Origin: Marsupella aquatica
Lineage: Eukaryota > Plantae > Marchantiophyta
Length of the DNA stretch: 64,000 nt
Direction of reading: 5' to 3'
Assembly: GCA_973895155.1 (NCBI GenBank)
Contig: OZ316892.1
Span: forward strand, 26,373,233-26,437,232
Each line of letters starts with the position of its first letter. The first letter of the stretch is position 1. This document shows, piece by piece, positions 14,650 to 26,467 of the stretch. The position numbers and the translations under genes were made by a program. Below the pieces are notes generated by a model, which was not told where the DNA came from, searched no databases, and worked only from the letters and a program-made list of their open reading frames with translations.

Positions 14650-14804
14650 ATCAGGTGATATACTGAAATTTCTATGCCTTAACCCCCTCCTGAGGCAGGC
14701 TATCAGGTGATATACTGAAATTTCTATGCCTTAACCCCCTCCTGAGGCAGGCTATCAGGTGATATACTGAAATTTCTATGCCTTAACCCCCTCCTGAGGC
14801 AGGC
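14650..14804. repeat. 52-bp tandem repeat, 3 copies
   Basis: ATCAGGTGATATACTGAAATTTCTATGCCTTAACCCCCTCCTGAGGCAGGC(T) at 14650, 14702 and 14754, with no spacers. Confidence 0.95.
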
Positions 14805-14834
14805 CTGGCGCATTATTGGGGAGATCCAAGGGCA

Positions 14835-15160
14835 TGTGGGGAGAAATCAGATCAGGAAAAACACTTCAAACATACACGTGCTCAATAGTTACGTGGTTCG
14901 CCTCAAGGTTGGCTACGTCCACGGGAAGACCAAGCTTTATTAACGGTTATGTGTCTACTCAAGCATCACCATAGCTCCCATCTCTTCAAGCTCTCATCTC
15001 TTGCTATATCACTGTGTTCTCTCTTGAGAACTATCTTGTATGGTCTCACACCACATACAAGTTGAAGAGATAAGGACCAATCTCTTCAACTAAGGTTAAC
15101 ACTCTAACCCTAGTTAACATACTAACCATAGTTCAACCCAAGACTGAGTTAACCTCTACA
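14835..15160 (-). repeat. Copia 3' LTR
   Basis: TGTGGGGAGAAATC...AACCTCTACA on +; near-identical to 24627-24952; abuts the PPT. Confidence 0.95.
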
Positions 15161-15176
15161 AACTCCCCCTTGACTC
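15161..15176 (-). other. Copia polypurine tract
   Basis: Minus-strand GAGTCAAGGGGGAGTT immediately precedes the 3' LTR. Confidence 0.85.
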
Positions 15177-15354
15177 ACGTCTTGGGAGGGTTCATAACAT
15201 TGTCTTTTCCTTACAAGTTCCTCCGCGGGAAGTTCAAGACAGTAGGGCCAAAAGACCCTCCCCCTAATGCAAGGGTTAACTAGAACTAAGCCGTAGCCGA
15301 TAAGCCATCGGATGGAGTACTCATATAGAGACATTTTCTTGGTTAACTCTATAT

Positions 15355-15983
15355 TTACAATATTTGTAAATAATTACAATGCCTTGAAAAACTATTGGAG
15401 TCTAATACTTTGGTAAAAGCATCCGTTGGATTAAGCTTTCCATCAATCTTGACAAGCTCAAATTCATCATCCGATAATGCCTGTCGGATGAAATGATAGC
15501 GGACATCAATGTGCTTTACCCTGTCATCCATCACCTGATTCTTGGCAGTGTAAATTGCACTTTGACTGTCACAATGAAGATATGCACACTCTTGTGATAA
15601 ACCCATCTCCGTGACAAGATTTTTCAACCAAATGGTCTCTGATGCTGCTTCTGCTGCTGCTACATACTCGGCATCCATAGTAGACTTTGCAACACACTTT
15701 TGGAGAGTAGACTTCCAACTAATGCATCCACCAGCAAGTGTAAATACATATCCAGTTGTCGATCTCCTCTTATCCAGATCACCTGCGTAGTCTGCATCCA
15801 CATAACCTTGAAGCACTTTCATATTGTTTGAACTTGCATCAAACAATAAACCCTTCTTAGTGGAACCTCTGATGTAGCGCAAAATCCATTTCACTGCTTC
15901 CCAATGAACTTTTCCTGGATTTGCCATGTATCTGCTTACCTTGCTAACGGCATAAGCTATGTCTGGTTGGGTGCATACCATGA
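15355..15983 (-). pseudogene. Copia pol C-terminus (end of RT plus RNase H), cut off by the nested insertion
   Basis: MVCTQPDIAYAVS, GYVDADYAGDLDKRRSTTGY, HCDSQSAI, KHIDVRYHFIR, NPTDAFTK. Confidence 0.93.
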
Positions 15984-17147
15984 GATACTGTCACTTGCCT
16001 ATCCAATGATTAATACGTGCAAACCATACTTTTCCTGCTTAAACCGTTGGTATCGTATTACGGGGTCGTGGAGGGACGCTATTTGGAGGATTTCCACACC
16101 TAAGGATGAGTATGTTTGATTCCACTCCCGGAAGTGTACTTTTTGATCAAGTCTACCGACTGGTCTCTCCGTTTTTTATCAAGTCCAAGGGACTGGTCCT
16201 ACCATCTACAACTCATGCCCACCGGGTGAGTGTTGTCACCACCCCCCTCCTCTCTTGGGCAAGCATACCAACATTTACAATAAGATTTGAACACTAGTGA
16301 CAAGGGCAAATGTTTCCACAACGACACCGACCACACGCACTAGGGGAGGAAAACAAACAACACAAGCAACAACAAGTGACCCACAAAATATTGGAACCTC
16401 AAGCCAAATCCATATCTCTTGGTGTTTCCCGTAACACATGCAAGGACAACCCGGCCTCCTGCCGTCTGCCCAACTCCTGCCTCCCGGGGACAAGTGCTAC
16501 GTTCTCCACCTCACTACTCTGGCTTGAACTTCTCCTAATCGGTGCGCTACTCACAAAAGCTACTCCAAAGCATCCAAGTACTACGCTGAGTTCCCCCCCT
16601 CACTACTCAGGGGCTCTCCCCCTAAATACCAAAAAAAACCACACCAAAGCACCCCTCATGGGGTCACAACGATGGCGGCTACCCTAGCAGCGCCGCTAAA
16701 ACCCTGCACTAAGAAATCCCTAAACTAAAAGGCATGCGGCACACACATGCTGCTAAAACCCTAAACCCTAAACAAGGGGCCGACGGTGCCTTCGACGACG
16801 CCCCAACTGTACTCCGTGAACCCTGAAATTGCAAGGCACCCCACAATGGCTGAAACTAGGTGCCCTATCAACTGTACTTTTGAGCTCACCCTTGGATAGC
16901 CCTTCTCCTCCTGATCCCGAATCACTCAGCCACACTCGCAACGGACATCGGACGCCTGAGTTATGGTCGTTTCCGTATTGCGAAAACACAATTTCGCCGG
17001 GCCATAACTTGCTCATCCTGGCTCCGTTTGAGGAGCGCCGCCTCTTGTTGGAATCAGCTCCGCGAGCTCTTTCCAACAAGCCCGTGAGTGACCCCTCACA
17101 AAAAAGTTGGAAATCCAAAGGCCGTACAACCACATCCGTACGACTAT

Positions 17148-18889
17148 CTACTCCTCCTCTTCTTCACTCTCGGTGCCCTGGCTTGTGCCCCGTGAGTGGG
17201 CCTCCTCTTCATCACTCACGGGAGTGAGTGCCACCTCACTTTTCTTCTTCTTTACCGGGGTACTCTTCGTGCTGCCGCTCCCTTGCTTCCTCAAAGTGGC
17301 CAAGGCCTGCCACGCCTTGATGTACCCCTCACCAATGGTGTCCTTCCATAGGGTAGCCTCTTCTCCGGACCGCAACTCCAATGGTAGAACTTGCCCTGTG
17401 GCCATGGGAGTCCCGGGGGTGACAGACCTGGGTGGCATCCCCGTACTGACCTGAGCCTCCCGTAACGATTTCCGTACCTCCCGGAGCTTCTTCTCCAAGC
17501 CCTTGCTCTTCTCCTGACTCTTCTTGGCTCCATCCAACAAGGGCCCATACTTCCCACTAACCTCCTTCACCACCATCTCAATAGCCTGGGAGATCAAATC
17601 CGGGGAAAGTGTGGAGCTAGGTGTGTCGGGGCTCTTCCATTTCCCCAGACTCAAGGCCTCACTCCTCTTTGCTCGTGTCTCAAAGGCGGCCACCTGACTC
17701 CGTAGTGCTCCCACCTGGTTTCTCCACTCCACCACTTCTCCAGAATTCTACTTCTCTTTGGCCAATGCTTGTCTCAATGCTCCCACCTCTTCTGCTTCCT
17801 TGGCCTTGGTGGACAAGGCTCCCTTCAAGTTGGAGATCTCTACGTGAGCTGCTTGGAGAAGCTTAACCTTCTCATGAATGGTCCCCTCCTTGGCCTTGAT
17901 CACCTCCTTCAGAGACAGGGTACTCTGCTCTAACGTCTCTACTCTGGCTGAGGCATGCTTGAGAGAATCTCTCAATGCGTGGATTAGCTTGAGTCCCTCA
18001 TGGACTCCCTCTCTGAAATCCCGTAGCTCTGCTAGGTAAACATCCAGAATGTTGTAGACCAGGGGATTTTTTGGATCTCCTACGAGTGATTCAAGCCACT
18101 CCAACGTGTAGTCCTCATCCTGGTTTCTTCTCCTCTATCTTCACCCCCACCAGCCGACGATGATTCCTCCGTGAGCTTCCCTATAACGGTAGTGGCAATA
18201 CTCCGGATCTCCGTGGTGAGAGATGATCCCGTGTCTTCCTGTCCCGGGGAACCAATCAACCCTTCTGCCCTGGCCAATACAAATGACCCCATCAAATGTA
18301 CAGCCCCACCTGGTTTCACACTCCCGGGATCAGCGGCCAACAGCTTCTTCAACCCGTAGTACCACCATCCGTACACATGGGCTGGGTGGTTCTTGATGTC
18401 CATAGCTACCACGAAATGCTCTTCATTCACCACCCCGGATTGCACGTTGCCAAGGACCCGTTGATGAACCTTGGCCAGGAATCCCTTATACTCAACATCC
18501 TTGACAGCGGAAAGAGGGATGGCAGTGGTGGAGGTGGGATTAATCACCCAAGTGGCCACCATCTTCAACGTGAGTTCTCCCCTAATGTGCCGAGGTGTGA
18601 ATGAGAATTTCTGATTCCCCAGAAACAGCAGCCTAGCCAACTCCACATGGGGCACTACACGTTTGAGACATTCAAAGTAGATTCCCTCCGTTCGTAACTC
18701 CATCCCGGCCTCAATGTCCCAGCTCTTCCCCGGAGGGATGGTAATCTCCACCTTCATGAATTCTGTAACCCCGGTGGCTTGGAAAATATTCCGACAATCC
18801 TCCATCACTTTGGCGGAGGTCTTGGGATAAATTCAACGAAAAATCCTCCTACCCACCGGTGTGGAACCTGTTGCCAATCCCGTGCTCAT
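17148..18889 (-). pseudogene. Disrupted ~580-codon ORF of unknown function inside the 4-kb insert (globular N-part, coiled coil, acidic tail)
   Basis: ATG at 18889 (MSTGLATG...), in-frame TGA near 18835, ORF 18808-18080, frameshift near 18100, ORF 18104-17748, in-frame TAG, then ORF 17735-17148 ending ESEEEEE. Confidence 0.65.
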
Positions 18890-19394
18890 CGTAGCTTCTC
18901 TCTCTTCTCTCTCCCTTGCAATCAAAGTCTCCACGTAGTCACGGTAAGCAGCCTTGTATCTCCGAATGCGTGCCACACTAAACTCTGGTTGATCTAGCAT
19001 TCATGCATCCTGAAATCAAATTCTCAATCACCAAATCCCGCCACCCGTAGCAATGTCAATTCCCTGGCCCGAAACAGCCCCCGTAGCCCGATTAATTTAT
19101 TTCTCTCAATCCCCTCCGTCGTCACTCCATGTTGCTGTCGTTAATGCCCTGACAGTCCCCGCAATCCCCCATGAGTGAGCCTTGAGAAGAATTGGAGAGA
19201 AAGCTCAAATAATTGTAACATAAGGAGAAAGCTTTCGGCAATAAGGGAGAGAAACTCGAGTTTGCTTTCGGCAAGAGAAGGGTCGTGTGAAAAGGAGAAA
19301 AGAGGGGAGAGAAAAAAACAACAAAAACCCCCCCGGGAGCAGCTTTTCGCCTTGCGCCCTGGAGCCCTCCTTTGTCCCGACTCACGGGAGTCCC

Positions 19395-19715
19395 CCTTCC
19401 TCGCAGCTCGCGCCTCGCAGCTCGTGGCTCGCGGCCCGCAGCTCGCGGCTCGCAGCTCGTGGCTCACTCGCGGATGCTTCCCCTTCCTCGCACGACAGCT
19501 CGCAGCTCGCGGCTCACTCGTGGACGCTTCCCCTTCCTCGCACGGCAGCTCGCGGACCTCCTTAGGAGGGATTTATTTTAAAACCCCCCCATACTCCTCA
19601 CTCGCGGCAGCTCGCAGCAGCTCCCGCCCTCTGCAGGGCTCGCAGCTCGCGGCTCACTCGCGGACGCTTCCCCTTCCTCGCACGGCAGCTCGCGGCTCGC
19701 GCCTCGCAGCTCGCA
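19395..19715. repeat. GC-rich degenerate 7-bp (GC[A/G]GCTC) tandem array with a larger ~40-bp repeated unit
   Basis: Many GCAGCTC/GCGGCTC units. GCTCACTCG(C/T)GGA(C/T)GCTTCCCCTTCCTCGCACG occurs 3 times (~19462, ~19512, ~19652). Confidence 0.85.
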
Positions 19716-20058
19716 GAAGGATTTAATGGGGGTTTAATTAAACCCCCCATACTCCTCCAGTCCTGCCTGAGTGTTGCTTTAGAAGGGGTGTTACCAAAAA
19801 ATTAAAAATGCTTATTTCCCGGACTTCCTTACCTTCCCGGAAAGTCACAATTTTAAACCCCCCCAGGTTTTTGCCCCATAATTAACCCGGGTCTAGACAA
19901 AACTGTTGGGGTCTCCGACTATCCCGAGATGCTTTAAAAAACTTTACAGATTTAAAGAACATTAAAAAAAAACTTGCGTCTATGGGCTTATTTATTTACA
20001 GGTGTCTTGCTGGTGACACTAATGGTGATTTACCGTGGCGGGACCCCATCACAGATAC

Positions 20059-23000
20059 ATTAAACTACCCACAGCACTTTCGTAAGGAACTTTGGACATC
20101 AAACTTTTTTCTGTCGCATTTGATGGACAAAATGCTGCAGAAATATTGAAATGCCTTGCCAAAGGAACACTTGAGCCTTAGCATCTGCCATGTTGAATTT
20201 TGAGAGTACCTTCTCTGCATATCTTTTCTGCGTCAGCCAAAGTTTGGCTTTGTTAACATCCCTGACAATCTCCATGCCTAGGATCCTCTTGGTTGTGCCC
20301 AAATCCTTCATCTTAAACTCAAAACTGAGTTGGGCCTTAAGCTTATCAACTTCGCCCCTATTCTGTGCTGCAATGAGCATGTCATCCACATAAAGTACAA
20401 GGATGACAAGCTTAAAACCTGTGTTGTTCACACGCCTGATGTAAACACATGGATCGTACACGCTTCGCACAAATCCAAGCGATTTCAAAAATTCATCAAA
20501 ACGCTTGTTCCACTGCCTTGGGCTCTACTTTAATCCATACAAGGATTTTAGCAACCTGCATACCAAATTTTCCTTGCCCTTTTGCACAAAACCCTCTGGT
20601 TGTCTCATGTAAATCACCTCATCCAACAATCCATATAAGAATGCCGTGACAACATCCATTTGATCTAAAACCAGATCAAATAAAACTACAAGAGCATATA
20701 GCAAACGTATTATTGAATACTTTGCTACGGGTGAAAAAACCTCATTGTAGTCTATACCTTTCTGTTGAGTAAAACCCTTGGCTACCAACCGAGCCTTAAA
20801 TATCTTCTCAGCATCCTCCGTGGGTCCATCTTTCTTCCTATACACCCACTTGCTGTCAACAGCTTGCTTGTCACTAGGTAGACTTGTGAGTTCCCAAGTC
20901 TTGTTATCATGAAGTGATTTCATTTCCATGCGCATCGCCGCCTGCCACTATTGCTTCTCCATAGAAGCTAGGACCTCTCGAAATGAGGATGGATCTCCAT
21001 CTTCTGTCACCAATGCATCAATAGATTCTTCATCCAAATCCACTTGATCAGAAGGAAGCCAAGTTCCATACCTTTCCCGGGCTTGACGTTTGCGAGTTCC
21101 TCTTCGCACTGAAGACTCTGGCTGATCTGATTATAGTGTGCTTTGCCTTATAGTGGTGTCAACATATTCATTATCTGACACATCCTTTCCCCTTATATCC
21201 TCTAGAGGAGGAGATTGCTCTTTGTTAGTAGTAGGGAATTGATCTATCTCCCCCTCCTTCAATGATTTTTCTTCATTGAAGGATACATCCCGACTAACAA
21301 GTAACTTGCAATCAACTGGATCCCACAATCGATAACCTTTAACTTCACGCTGATAACCAAGAAAAATGCATTTCTGGGCTCTAGGATCTAGCTTAGTCCT
21401 ATTATTGCTAGGAACATGTGCATATGCTTCACAGCCAAAAACCCTAAGCGTTGAATAATCAGCAGGTCGATTGTGCCATAGCTCAAAGGGGGTTTTGTAA
21501 GTAATTGCCCGACTAGGAGAGAGATTTACTAGAGAAGCAGCTATGTTGACAGCTTCCACCCAGAAGATTTGTGGCAATTTAGAGTGGCTTAACATGCTCC
21601 TTGCTCGCTCCAACAATGTGTAGTTGAGTCACTCAACAACACCATTTTGCTCAGGAGTGTACACAATTGTGAGATGAGGAGTAATTCCCTTATTTGCACA
21701 ATACGTGTTGAACTCGCCAGAGGTGTATTCACCACTATCTGATCGTAGATATCTCACATTCTTTGCAGTCTGTGTCTCAACTTGAGCTACCCATTGTTTG
21801 AAGATGGAAAGCACTTCAAACTTATGGGCAATGAAATAAATCCAAACAAACCTTGAGTAATCATCGATAAACGATACATAGTATTGTTTGCCTGAATGTG
21901 AGGAAACCGGAGCAGGACCCCACACATCGGAATGAATATACTCAAGTACAACTTTAGAATGATGAATGGCAGTCGGAAATGGAGTTCTTGTTTTCTTGCC
22001 GACAATGCAATGATCACAAAAACTCAACTTGCATGCTTGCAATCCTGGTAGGAGATATCGCTTGTGTAGGATTTCCAAACTTTTTTCACTCATGTGACCA
22101 AGCCGAGCATGCCATAAATTGATTTTCTCCTCCTGAGATGTGACCAAATTGACTTCGGCAAGAAGTGTGGTGCCTTCCAAGACATAGATGTTTCTTTTCC
22201 TCTTGCCAATAAGAACTTCAGTTGATCCATGCGTGACTGTTAACATCCCATCAATTGCACTCCATTGATAACCCTTCGCATCCAAGTAGCCAAGAGAAAT
22301 CAAATTCTTACACATTTCTGGAATGTGTCTGACATTTGATAGAGTACAGTACTTGCCACCGGGTAGTTGAATCTTTACGGATCTAATCCCTAAAACTTTG
22401 CAAGAATGATTATTTCCCATCAAAACAGATCCGTTGATAGGAGTGTAGGATGAGAAAAGTTCACGCATATAGCACATGTGATACGAGCAAGCGGAATCCA
22501 AGATCCATTGACAATCCTCAACTTGGGAAGTGGTACACAATGCAAATCCTTCACTATCCTCTTCTCGAACAACTACTTGGGCTGAAGAACCGGCAACTTC
22601 CTTGAATGTGTCTTTGACTCGACAATCCTTCTTCATGTGGCCCACTTTGTCACACTTCCAATACTTTATCTCACGAGTAGACTTGGATGGTGATTTGGAT
22701 CGAGATCTAGATCTGGATCTAAACCTCCTCCTACCAAAAAATCGGTCGTGGAACCTTCCTCGCTCCATGGAGAGTGGGTTAAACCTTTTGTTTTCATGAG
22801 ATAGCTCCCTTGATTTGCCTCTTTCTACCAACAGTGCTGTTGATGATGAGGTTGAGATAGGATGAGCTGAAGAAACTAGCTTAGACTGCATGTCATCGGT
22901 CAACAGGGCACTCACCACATCATTGTAGGATATAGTTGTCTTATCACGGAATAAAAGAACTCGAGACAAAGATTGGTATGAAGGTGGTAGTGAGCTCAAG

Positions 23001-23455
23001 AGTTGTAAGGCTTTCTTTTCTTCGCTCAAATGCTCCCCCAAATTCTCTAGGTCAACCACAAGATCATTGAACTGATCGATATGATCTTGAATCTTGACTC
23101 CATCAGCCATTTTGAATTGCATGAGCTTCAGGCTTGCATACATTCGGTTTGACATCTCCTTCTTGTAGTACTTGTTGCGCAATGCTTGAAACAAGTCCGT
23201 CACCGTTTGTGTTGTTTTTTCCTCGAACTGCTTATTCACATTGTTTTTCAGGTACATGCCAACAATACTTACCGCTTGATCCTGGAGATCATGCCAATCA
23301 TCATCTTCCATCTCCTTGGGTTGAGATCTTAGTACCTTGCCTAGGCCCATCGCCCTAAGTGCATCCCTCACGTTACGTTCCCACATTGTATAGTCCATCC
23401 GACCATCAAATTTTTCCACCTCAAACCTTTGACATCCAATCCTAGTAGTCGCCAT
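20059..23455 (-). pseudogene. Copia gag-protease-integrase-RT polyprotein with stops and a frameshift
   Basis: Gag VEKFDG and degenerate zinc knuckle; protease WILDSACSYHM; GAG-pre-integrase LWHARLGH; integrase HSDVWGP, RSDSGEY, PEQNG; RT FKARLVAKG, LYVDDML. In-frame stops at 21629, 21131, 20948 and 20525; frameshift near 20165. Confidence 0.95.
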
Positions 23456-24612
23456 CGCTGGAATGCCAAATGTAGTGTGGAGTCACCTTCCGACAAGAAA
23501 TAAACGTCGAATGCTCAGATGTGGGGTGTGAAAATAAGGCCAAAAATGAAAGTTGGTGAATTTTGAAATTGATCACTCCTATGTGTAGCCCACAAGGTAA
23601 CGCTCCGAATTCTGAAAACGGTTTGTCAAATGGACTCTCGAGTGCCGAGAATTTTTACTCCGACCGGAGGGGGGTAAAAGATGAAATAATTACCCCTCGA
23701 GGGAATCTCTTATGTCAAAGATTCCACTAGTATACTTTTTCAGAATTGAACGCACCAATACTTGCCTAGCTTCCCCAAGTACGCCTCTCCAAAAGTTGAA
23801 GTTGATCCAATTTTATTTGCCGCTCGGAATCTTTGACTTTCGGTAAAAATTTAAGCCTCTGGAAAAGAATCTTTTCGGGAAATTCCGTCCGCCCTTGTAC
23901 AGCCCCTATGGGGACTTCACAGGGGGCACTTCCCCCTGCCCGAGCCCTGTCGAGCCCTTGAAAGGCCTCCTCGAACTTTTCGACCTCCTCGCGCGCCCGC
24001 GCAAGTCGTGACTACTCGCGGCAGAAAATACCCCTCGGCGGATTCACTCAAATTCCCGTCTCAATTTTTGACAAAATCCAATTCTGATTTCAGATTCAGA
24101 AACTAGACTTCGAGGGCATCAAGATCGATATAAAGAACTTGCAAAACGGTGGAGTAATGAGGGAGAAACAGTTCGGTGAAAGTGACTGATATTAAGTTAT
24201 CCACCATAGCCAAAATTTCGAGCTCAAAAAACGAGAATTGAAATTAAGATTGCTTCTCAACCGTTTGACGGAATTCAACGATGTTGATATCGAAACGTCT
24301 AGAAAGACAAGACGCTCAAGCGTATCTCAGTTTCAAGTCCCGATAGAACAATCAAAAAGACTGATCTGAGAAATTGACCTTATCTCTTGCCCGATAACGT
24401 AAATTGAAAACCGTCACTTACAATTGTTTCCATTTCTGACCTCAGGCCTTCATTGCTTCACTGAAATGAGCCCCTGGTTGTGTGCTCCACACTTGTGAGA
24501 AGATTGAGTCCGATCTGCTTTCAATAGCTCCGCTTCGAAGAGGAAATCATCCGCTGTTCACTTTGCTTGAAGCAAGTTCTATGGAGTTCCTAATCAATTG
24601 AAAAATACCTGA

Positions 24613-24624
24613 GCTCTGATACCA
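24613..24624 (-). other. Copia primer-binding site (tRNA-iMet)
   Basis: Minus-strand TGGTATCAGAGC, 2 nt after the 5' LTR. Confidence 0.95.
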
Positions 24625-24626
24625 AT

Positions 24627-24952
24627 TGTGGGGAGAAATCAGATCAGGAAAAACACTCCAAACATACACGTGCTCAATAGTTACGTGGTTCGTCTCAAGG
24701 TTGGCTACGTCCACGGGAAGACCAAGCTTTATTAACGGTTATGTGTCTACTCAAGCATCACCATAGCTCCCATCTCTTCAAGCTCTCATCTCTTGCTATA
24801 TCACTGTGTTCTCTCTTGAGAACTATCTTGTATGTTCTCACACCACATACAAGTTGAAGAGATAAGGACCAATCTCTTCAACTAGGGTTAACACTCTAAC
24901 CCTAGTTAACATACTAACCATAGTTCAACCCAAGACTGAGTTAACCTCTACA
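24627..24952 (-). repeat. Copia 5' LTR
   Basis: 326-bp TG..CA repeat matching 14835-15160; followed on the minus strand by the PBS. Confidence 0.95.
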
Positions 24953-26115
24953 AGGCAAAGGTTGGAAAGGTTCTGGCCCTTGCAGTCCCAACCTTTCAGA
25001 AACAAACCTCTTAAAAAGAACATTCAGATCAAGGAGTGTGCATGCACCACTAACGCAAGGACCTTTGCCAGAAAGCAAAACACAGACACTTCATTTTCAC
25101 ATGATTGTTAATTAACAATTGCATTCTAAACCTGTGTATAATGTCATTGTCGACAGAACAAAGTGAAATAATACTAGTGAGATTCAAACCTGGATTTGAG
25201 AGTAAAAGTGATCCAAGATAATATGGCCGTCATGACCAAATATACAAGAAAAATGTAATCAAGCAATAATACATACAGAGAGGCTTGGAGCGCTTGGTCA
25301 TGGACCTTGGTACTGGGAGGTGCTTTGGTTAGGGAGTTCTTCCATGTCCCCCGTTTTCACTCCCTAACTCAACCTTGCAAAGGTGTGCAGTGCATCAAAA
25401 GTGTTAGCAGTACACTCCCATTGCCTCACCCTCTTTGGAAATAATGGGGTACTGCAACCATAGGGTGTGAATGGAAAATGAGGCTTAGGGTATACTTATA
25501 GTATTTAAATAAACACTTTTTGCAAGTTATGGCTATGTAATTTTTAGAGCATTTATTTTATAAAGGCTTGGCACACCTTGCTTTGAGGAGGGAATTATGC
25601 AATGGTCAATCTAGGCATTTGTAACTCAAACGGAAAAGTTGAACCATATTAAGCAAAATGGCCTAAAATACTGGTATTTTGAGTCCTTATTTCTTTACAC
25701 ACTAAATAATCCATTATCTTAACTTCAGTGAATTTATTTTTTCTTGTTTCTTTCCAAAATTCACTCTCAAGATTTTAAGGATGTAGTAAAAGTCCTGTTT
25801 ATAGAGCATTGTTGGATATAGTGCCTCCAAAAATGAAAGCTTCAACTCAAGTTAGGAGAGGCTATTGTTTCCCATAATGCTCTGATAATAGGACCTTAAT
25901 ACACTTTAAGGCCTAGGAGATTTTTATTCTTACTATTTTAGTAAAACTAAAGAAGAATCTTCGATTCCTAACTAGGTGATCCAAACCTTAACTGGGCATT
26001 TATCTCCAAGAATGCCCCTGAAAATACAAAGAAAAAACCACGAAGAGCATTAAGTAAGTTAAAACATCTTGGGAAAATGTCTTCTCCAACTTGGGCTAAG
26101 CTTTGGTTTTTGGTA

Positions 26116-26467
26116 TAGTAGGGAGTCTCAAAGCTGGCAATTGGATGTACCTTAACTCCCTAGTTTTAGGTTATGGACACAAAAAGTTATGTACTACACA
26201 GTTCATAGTCCATAACTTTTTCCCATAAAGATTGGTCTTATGCCATAACCATCAGTCATTCTAAAAAAAATGAAGAAGAAAACAAAAAGAAACTTTACAC
26301 AGTCTTGTGGAAAAGTGCCTTGTGAGAAGTTTGACCTACTCTTTAAGGAAAAGACAAAAAGAAACTTTTACACATTTATGAAAAAGTCTCTCGTGAAAAA
26401 GTTATGACCTATTCTTTATGACGGAATGCCACCATCCATAGTTTCCAAGCTTTGAGAGACCCTATTA
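26116..26467. mobile_element. Decayed MITE, probably Tc1/mariner-like
   Basis: Imperfect ~30-bp terminal inverted repeats (TAGTAGGGAGTCTCAAAGCTGG / CCAAGCTTTGAGAGACCCTATTA), flanked by TA on both sides. Confidence 0.55.

Larger units (their letters stand above)
15989..20053 (-). mobile_element. 4065-bp insertion with TG..CA ends and 5-bp TSD; solo LTR or deletion derivative of a large-LTR element
   Basis: Splits Copia RT at GSLMY|LMVCT. Perfect TSD GATAC at 15984-15988 and 20054-20058. Ends TGTCAC...ATCACA. No internal LTR pair and no gag/pol seen. Orientation is inferred from the ORF and a TATTTAGGGG TATA-like motif near 16625. Confidence 0.85.
14835..24952 (-). mobile_element. Ty1/Copia LTR retrotransposon (Tnt1-like), full length but inactivated, carrying a nested insertion
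   Basis: Two 326-bp TG..CA LTRs (14835-15160, 24627-24952; about 4 substitutions). tRNA-iMet PBS, PPT, and gag-PR-INT-RT-RH domain order. 5-bp TSD with one mismatch (GGGCA 14830-14834, AGGCA 24953-24957). Confidence 0.96.

Noticed and set aside
14650-14804. Possible CRISPR-like array
   Set aside because: Units abut with no unique spacers, the context is eukaryotic and there are no cas genes; it is a plain tandem repeat.
19122-19726. Overlapping Ala/Arg/Ser-rich ORFs
   Set aside because: Products of the GC-rich 7-bp array; open in several frames with no domain signal.
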